Part shown: piece by piece, positions 56,337-64,000 of the stretch
How positions within the stretch are numbered: position 1 is the first letter of the stretch
How the letters are laid out: each line of letters begins with the position of its first letter
Source of the DNA: Flaccisagitta enflata
Lineage: Eukaryota
Assembly (NCBI GenBank): GCA_965153355.1
Contig: OZ231126.1
Span: 10,788,001-10,852,000, forward strand
Direction: 5' to 3'
Length of the DNA: 64,000 bases
Position numbers and translations under genes: made by a program
Notes under the pieces: generated by a model
The model's database searches: none
Told to the model about the DNA's origin: nothing
The model's input: only the letters and a program-made list of their open reading frames with translations

Positions 56337-57400
56337 AAACACGCGCGCGCGAAACTGTAGCCTCTTAAATGTGTGTTTTCACATTTTCTAACTCAAGCGT
56401 GACCGACGGGCAAGTAGACGGGCAAAGCCTCGGATAGAGTCCCGAGTCCGCGATTAAAAAGTGGTTAATCTGTCTCTTTTATCGGATACCAACGATAACT
56501 GAAATGTTCATTTCAACTGTCTCTCAATGCTACTGCGGGGGCGCCCTCATAGGCAGTAAACGCCACTAACCCTGTCCCACCGCAGCCCCCCAAACCGCTG
56601 GGTGAAGAGGCAGGAATGCTCCCCCGCCGTGTAAATATGCCCCCAGAAGGTAATCCGGAAGGTTGGACTGAGACGATATTTGAAATCATGAGGCTGATTT
56701 CATAAATATAATAGGGATACTTAGAGCTGTAGTCAAGTGGGCATCTTCATTGACATTCACCCAAGCAAATTAGATTAAAGTGATCTTAGCATCATATAAA
56801 TTGTTGTAGAGTTCCTATGAAATACAAAAAAAAAAAAATAAGTTGCATCGTTTTGAAACATAGGAAGAAATTGAGCAACTGCAATATACAAATGAACTCT
56901 TTGTTGTACATGAAGCGGCGAGGGACACCTTTTCGTAAATTTGTCGTCATCAATTCAACGCAATTAAAATCAGATCGTTGTCTACGCCGAGGCAAAATAT
57001 GATTATGACAGTTTTGCTTCTCGACAGAATTAAAGATTCAAGAGGCCTGGTCCCAGACAGCTTTGCCTACGTTTTATAAACGTCGTTTATGCATATTATG
57101 ATTCATCATGAACGATCTTTACTATCTTCGAGTGCTCCTAAATAGATAAAGCTTCTTCTCATGTAATGCAACCGGTCATAGTCTGATAGCTTCATTCGTC
57201 CAACCCTTTGACGTTGGTATCTGTCGCAGCCGGAGGGAAACAACATAACTATCGAGTTACCTATCCATTGTAAGGGAATCTCAACTGAAAACCCAACTCA
57301 ATGTAACCATATTGCATACTTCCTAGGACAAAAGTCTACCTTTAATTGAGGAATAGTTGCGTTTTAAATACCAGTAATGGCGGCTGTCGCCGTGAGGAAA

Positions 57401-57910
57401 CAAGGTCAACAAACCTTAGTCGCGTGGTAATAAGGGTAATAAAGGTAATAAAGGTAATAATGGTAATAAAGGTAATAAAGGTAATAAAGTACCCTTAAGT
57501 ATCCTAAAGTACCTTTGAAATAAAGATTTAAGCTATATATCAAAAAGTACCCTAAAGTACCCTAAAGTACCCTTGAGTACCTAAAGTACCCTTAAGTACC
57601 CCAAAGCACCCTTAAGTACCTAATGTACCTTAAAGTACCCTAAAGTACCTTAAAGTATCCTAAAGTATCCTGAAGTACCCTAAAGTACTATAAAACACCT
57701 TTAGTACTTGGAGTACTCTTAAGTACCCTGAAGTACCTAAAGTACCCTTAAGTATCTAATGTACCTTAAAGTACCCTAAAGTATCTTTAAGTACTCAGAA
57801 GTACCCTTAGGTACCTTTGAAATGAAGAATTACGCCATATTTCAAAAATGTGACGGACCGACTGACCGACCGACCGACATAGCGGCTTCTAGAGTCGCTT
57901 TCACGCGACT
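57401..57910 (-). mobile_element. HINE-like element with central tandem repeats (GGTAATAAA)n and (AAGTACCCTA)n
   Basis: Splits host GAGGAAA|AAAAGTTGTAAGC in the A-run; CAAGG...AGTCGCGTG at one end and AGAGTCGCTTTCACGCGACT at the other. Confidence 0.8.
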
Positions 57911-58243
57911 AAAAAGTTGTAAGCATTGGTCACTTTTCACCAAATTTTTGTTTTTGGTCACATTTTATTTTTTTTATTTGTTAGATCAAATCAAGAGAAA
58001 TTGTATGTATTGATTGCATTGAAAATCAGAGAAAAATAGGACTGAGCCAAATGAGCTAGATGAGCTGAAATACTCAAAATCACTCAACCAGACAACCAGC
58101 TATGCTCACCGACATGTTTTTTTTTTAAATTTATATGTTTATGGTAAAACATTTATTTATCCCATTTCAAATCAGAAAACAAACTGAGCTAAATGAGCAA
58201 ACATGTATCAAAAAATTTTTATTTATCCCATTTGAATGTAAAA

Positions 58244-58478
58244 CAAGGCCGGATACATGGCTTCCGAAGTCGCGTGCGGATGGGCAGGAGCCATATTTGA
58301 GGTCACCAGACCATTTGGGCAGGAGCAGTGAGGTCAAAGGAATAAAATCATAAAAAAAAGTAAAGTGTGACCAACCAACCGACCAACTGACTGACCGACA
58401 GATCGACCGACTGACAGATCGACCGACCGACCGACCAACCGATGGACAAAGCGGGTTGTAGAGTCGCGTGTTGCGACT
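58244..58478 (-). mobile_element. HINE-like element
   Basis: Close copy of 38885-39092. Confidence 0.85.
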
Positions 58479-60114
58479 AAAAAAAGACTGAGCTAAATGA
58501 GCTAATTGATTATCTAATTATTATCTCCACCTTCGGACCTACAAACTTTTCCTTCTCTCTCCAACTGCAACCTTGTGCCCACTCCCTCCCTTTCTTACTA
58601 ACCGGAGTAGCAGTGACGACGCAATTAACGGTCTGAAATAATTTATTAGCAATCATTAGTAATCATTAACAACTTAGGCAATGAGCAATAAAGATTAATG
58701 GCAATCATTAGTACACCAATTTACATCTTTACAAAGCTTAGTACCTGAAACTTCAACTCATTTCGGCATTCAGGGAACCAGAGGGTAAGTAATGCTAATC
58801 AATTCATCATTAATCTGCAAAGGATGGAAAAAGAGTAACATTAGTAGGCTTATTTACTCCTTAATCATGAATAAACAATGAAAGCGAAGGAATAAAGATG
58901 AGCGAATGGACTAAACAGCAGGTAAACGCTCTTATAAGGAAATTCTCTTGGCATGTATCATGAATCCCAGCTGTTTCCGTTCGATTCGGAGCGGTGAACT
59001 ACTAATAGAGGGCATTGCTAAAAGGGTAAGTTTTAAGGGCAAAGTAAGGTCTTAAAACAAATGAACAGTGCTTGCTCACGCGAGCCCGCACAAGCTAATT
59101 GAGCTAGAATACTGAAAAACACCTTTACAGATGAGCGGCTATGCTCATAGACATGCTTTCTTGTATATGCATGCTCAAACAAACATCAATACCCTTCTTT
59201 ATTGATCCTACACAAAAAAAAAATTAAGAAAAAATTCAATTTAAATTTTTCATAAAAAAATCTTTAAAAAATCATAACTCCAAAAATGTTTGTCCTGGAA
59301 CATTCTGCTTGGCGCCAAATGAAAAAGAATTATCAAATTTACTTACCCTTTCAATTTTGTCAGAGGGACCACTCGGTCAATCAAGTTCCTGAACTTTCTC
59401 ATAAGAAAATGAAAACCAGGTTTCTCAAGAATATGCTAAAAAGTCGAAGACTGACTTTGACTTTTTTCCCGATCATCCAAGTTAGGCGCTTGATTCTTTG
59501 ATAACCTCATTTGATGTCCCCCTTAGGCTATGACTACTTCCATTTGATATTGTAGCAAGTTGCGCGGCCTTAAAACGAATCCAAACAAGATGTGTTGCAA
59601 GAATAGAGATTGACCATAGATCCGGAATCTGAGTCCTTGTGAATTTTCCAATTTCTCTTTTAAATGCGGCCGGTCAGAAGATAGTAACAGCATGAGCTCT
59701 AGCATAAACTAATCTGCTTGAATTTGGTCCTGAAAGATACCTTGGCATATGCACATAACTCTATTCATCTCATTTACCAAATTTTTTTTCTTTTTTGGGG
59801 CCCCTAAGGGCCTCTAAAAGAGCCCTTAACGAGGATTTTTTTTTTTTAAAAGAGGGGTGCAATTTTTAGGAAATTGTTTGATTTGCCTAGATCCAAAATC
59901 TTGTATTTTCACTTTTTAAGAAAAAAAACTTTGAAAATTTTTGTGTCGCACGTCCAGGACTTAGAAAAAAAAACAAAAAATATTTTTTTGAAAAATGATT
60001 TTCAAAAGTGAGGTGCAATCAATGGGAAATTGTTTGATTTGCATAGATCCAAAATCTTGTATTTTCACTTTTTTTTAAAAAAACTCAGAAAATTTTTGTG
60101 TCGCGCGTCAAAGA

Positions 60115-63100
60115 AGGCCGCTGCCCAAAAGAAGAAAAAGAAGAAGGGAAATAGTCGCAAAAGCGTTAGATGGTCAGCGGTACCCGTTGCCCCTATGTGA
60201 GTATATGTGGGTGTGAGGTGGTTAGAGGGGCAGCGGCCCCGAAGGGGCCGATGACCTATGCTTAGTATGTTTCAGGCATTTTGGCCTCAAAGCTGGAATG
60301 TGGACCTCAAAGCTGGTATTTGGGCCTCCAGGCATGGATTTGAGCCTCAAGGCTGGAATTTTGCCTCAAGGCCAGGTTTGGGACTCAAAACTGGGTTTTG
60401 GACCTCAATGCTGGTATTTGGGCCTCAAGGCAGGGATTTGGGCATCAAGGTTGATACATGGGTCTCATTGTTGGGATTTGGACACCAAGGCTGGGTTTTG
60501 GATCTCATGGCCGGGGTTTGGCCTCAAGGCTGGGTTTTGGGCCTCAAGGCTGAGTTTTTAGCCTCAAGGCTGAGATTTGGGCCTCAAGGCTGGGATTTGG
60601 GCCTCCAGACTAAGATTTGGGTCTCAAGGCTGAGATTTGGGCCTCAAGGCCAAGTATTGGGCCTTGAGGCTGGGGGGGGAGTACGGACGGAGAAGGAGGA
60701 GAAATTTCTGCATATGTGAAAGCATAGGTCATCGGCCCCTTCGGGGCCGCTGCCCAAAAGGAGAGGCACAAGGCCAAAAGGCAAGAAAACAGAAGCACAA
60801 GGCCAAAAGGCAAACAGGTCGCCCAAAGGCAATATGTAGTCAGCAGCTGTTGCTGCTTTGAGTGATTGTGAGTGGAGTGAGGGGAAGCAGGGCAGCGGCA
60901 GAAGGGGAAGAGTCCTGTAGAACACAGGAGACTTTCGTCGTCTGCAGAAGTGGATGAGATGCAATAGAGGGCGGACTGAAGGCCTTCTAGAGCCTAAACT
61001 GAGGTCTAAGAAGGCTGCTACCAATTGGAAGATGGGAGGGCTGACTTGAGGCTTAAGAGAGCTGGATAAGGCTTGAAAGGTCAGAGGACTGATTAGAAGC
61101 CTGAGAGCAATAAATTGAGGCTTAGCTGATTTGAGGCCTGAGAGGCCTAGTTTGAGGCCTGAGAGGCCAGGCTTGAGGCCTGAGGATTTGAATTTGAGGC
61201 CTAAGAAGCTTAATTTGAGGCCTAAGAGGCCAGGTTTAAGGCCTGAGAGGCCGGTTTCGAAGCCTAAGAGCGATTTGGGGCCCTGAGAGGCGGATTTGGG
61301 ACCTGAAAGGCCAGATTTGGGGCCTGAGAGGCCAGATTTGAGGTCTCAGAGGCCAGATTTGAGGCCGAGGAGGCCTGATGGGGGAGACAGGCGGACGAAC
61401 AGACTAAGAGCGAACGAACGGACGGCGAAAGTCCCCTGTGTTCTGAGACCCCGTCCCCTTAGCCACTGCCCAACAGGTCGCCCAAAGGCAATACATAGTC
61501 ACGATACCCGTTGCCCTACTTTGCATGGTTGTAAATCGGAATGAGAGGCAGGGCAGCGGCCCCGAAGGGGACAAAGTCCTGTAGAACACAGGGGGACTTT
61601 CGTTCGTTTGTTCATCCGTCCATCTGTCCGTCTGTCCGTCTGTCCGTCTGTCCGTCCATCCGTCTGTCCGTCCGTCCGTCCGTCCTTCCGTCCGTCTGTC
61701 TGTCCGCCCCCCCCAGGCCCTTTCAGGCCTGAAATCTGTCATCTCAGGCCTAAAATCTGCCCTCTCATGCCTAAAATCTGCCCTCTCAGGCCTTGCATCT
61801 GAGAGGGCATATTTCAGGCCAGGGCGGATAGATTTTAGGCCTGAGAGGGCAGGTTTCATGCCTGAAAGGCCAAATTTCAGGCCTAAGAGGGCAGATTTAA
61901 GGCCTGAGAGGGCTTGAAAGGGCCTGAGAGGGCAAATTTAAGGTCTGAGAGGACAGATTTTAGGCATGAGAGGGCAGATTTCAGACCTGAGGCGGCCTGG
62001 GGGGGACGCACGAACGGACAAACAAACGAACGAAAGTCCTCCTGTGTTCTACAGGACTTCGTCCCCTTCGGGGCCGCTGCCCAAAAAGGAGAGGCACAAG
62101 GCCAAAAGGCAACAAGTCATCCAAGGATCGCACATGGTCAGCGGTACCCGATGCCCTGCTTGGAGTGATCAGCTGAAGATGTTGAGTGAGAGCAGGGCAG
62201 CGGCCCCAAAGGACCGATGTCCTGTAGGACACAGGGGTGAATTTCCTTACGTCCTGAGATTCCTAGGAACGTGAATTTCAGGCCTTTTGGACAATTTTCC
62301 ATGATATTCAATTGGAGTTTTACATTTTTTTACAATTTTTTATCTATAATCCATGTTATTCAATGAGAATTTCATCTTTTTTTTTATTATCAATTTTCCA
62401 TGTTATTCAATAGGAATTTTGCATTTTATTTTATCTTTTATCCATTTTCTATGTTATTCGATAGGAAATTTATATTTTTCTATTTTTTTTGTAAATTTTC
62501 CATGTTATTCAATGGGATGTTTGCATTTTGTCATTTTCCTATGTTATTCAATGGGAATTTGAGAATTGAGAAACTTGGGGGGGGACGTATGGACGGACGT
62601 ATGTACGTACTGACGGACGGACGTAAGGAAATTCACCTCTGTGTCCTACAGAACATCGGCCCTTTGGGGCCGCTGCCCAAAAAAGGAGAGGCACCAGGCC
62701 AAAGGGCAACAGGTCGCCCAAGGGCAATATGTGGTCAGCGATACCCGTTGCCCTGCTTTGAGTGATTGTGAATTGGAGTGAGGGGAAGCAGGGCAGCGGC
62801 CCCGAAAGGGGACGAAGTCCTGTAGAACACAGGGGGACTTTCGTTTGTCCTGCCTGAAGAAGTGGATAAGATGCTATAGAGGGCTTACTGAAGGTCTCCA
62901 AGAGCCTAAACTGAGGCCTAAGAAGGCTAATATAATGCCTCAGAATGCCAATGGGAAGCTTTAGAGGGCTGACTTGAGGCTTGAGAGAGCTGGATTAAGG
63001 CTTGAAAGGTCAGAGGACTGATTTGAAGTCTGAGAGCAATAAATTGAGGCTTAGATAGCTGATTTGAGGCCTGAGATTTGTGCCTCAAGGCTGGGATTTG

Positions 63101-63990
63101 AGTCTCGAGCCTGGGATTTGAGCCACCAGGCTGGGATATGGTCCTCAAGGTTAGAATTTGGATCTCTGGGGTGGAACAGGAGCCTCACAGCTAGAATTTG
63201 GGCCTCAGGGCTAGATTTTGGGCCTCTGGGCTAGAATTTGGGCCATAAGGCTAGAATTTGGGCCTAAAGGTTAGAATTTGGATCTCTGGAGTGGAATATG
63301 GGCCAAACAGCCAGAATTTGGGCCGCCAAGCTGGGGGGGGGTACGGACGGAGAAGGAGGAGAAATTTCTGCATATGTGAAAGCATAGGTCATCGGCCCCT
63401 TCGGGGCCGCTGCCCAAAAAGAAAACAAGGCATCCAAGGATCGCACATGGTCAGCGGTACCCGATGCCCTGCTTGGAGTGATTAGCTGAAGAAGTGGAGT
63501 GAGAGCAGGGCAGTGGCCCCAAAGGGCCGATGTCCTGTAGGACACAGGGGTGAATTTCCATACGTCCTGAGAGGGCATATTTGGGGTAATTTTCCGTGAT
63601 ATTCATTGGGAATTTTGGTCTGAGAGGCTGGATTTAGGGTCCAAGAGGCTGGATTTGAGGCCCATGAGGCTGGATTTGAGGCCTGAGAGGCTGGATTTGA
63701 GGCCTGAGAGGCTGGTTTTGAGGCTCGAGAGGCTAGATTTGAGGCCTGAAAGGCTGGATTTGAGGCCTGGGAGGCTGGATTTGAGGCCTGAGAGGCCAGA
63801 TTTGAGGCCTTAGACGCCAGATTTGAGGCCTGAGAGGCTGGATTTGAGGCCTGAAATGCTTGAGAGGCTTCGGAGGGGGGGGACGTACGGACGTACGGAC
63901 GGATGGACGACATACGGGCGGGCGTATGGGAATTCACCCCTGTGTCCTACAGGACACTCGGCCCTTGCCAGAGCGGCTGCCCAAAGGTGG
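60115..63990. mobile_element. Head-to-tail array of about six family F elements
   Basis: Each unit is a leader (...GGTCAGCG.TACCCG.TGCCCTGCT), GGGCAGCGGCCCC, 21-bp repeat arrays and GGGGCCGCTGCCCAAAA; units start near 60150, 60813, 61472, 62111, 62709 and 63425. Confidence 0.85.
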
Positions 63991-64000
63991 CAAAGGTATA

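Larger units (their letters stand above)
57371..59472 (-). mobile_element. Family H element expanded by nested insertions
   Basis: Both ends present; interrupted at 57401-57910, 58244-58478 and ~58505-59090. Confidence 0.7.

Noticed and set aside
56900-57350. CpG-containing coding-like stretch on the plus strand
   Set aside because: No sustained frame, clear splice chain or recognisable motif.
60228-60262. Possible hammerhead ribozyme in family F termini (CCGATGA next to hairpins)
   Set aside because: It lacks the CUGAnGA and GAAA core in the required stem arrangement; the hairpins are adequately explained as element termini.

Overview
Repeat-dominated eukaryotic (probably invertebrate animal) DNA, with indel noise suggestive of long-read consensus. 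There are no prokaryotic features, CRISPR arrays or recognisable rRNA/tRNA genes, and nearly all listed ORFs are translations of microsatellites or satellites. Reading splice sites by hand reveals coding content the ORF track misses. (A) About 15 phase-compatible GT-AG exons on the minus strand (30616->23815) encode a ~550 aa low-complexity/coiled-coil protein. (B) Three to four further minus-strand exons (20537->19342) encode an RG-rich tract and a Myb/SANT(MADF)-like domain, with a polyA signal; B may be the 3' end of A. (C) A plus-strand exon chain lies at 49718-51585. (D) A stop-riddled OTU deubiquitinase pseudogene lies at ~53930-54523. The rest is a 70-bp satellite, an A/B composite satellite, many microsatellites, and nested non-autonomous elements. 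These include DINE-1/HINE-like (Helentron-type) elements, a Helitron-like family, a foldback family forming a head-to-tail cassette array at 60.1-64 kb, TA-flanked MITEs and an hAT-like element with an 8-bp TSD. All gene models and family assignments were made by eye and need RNA-seq and HMM confirmation.
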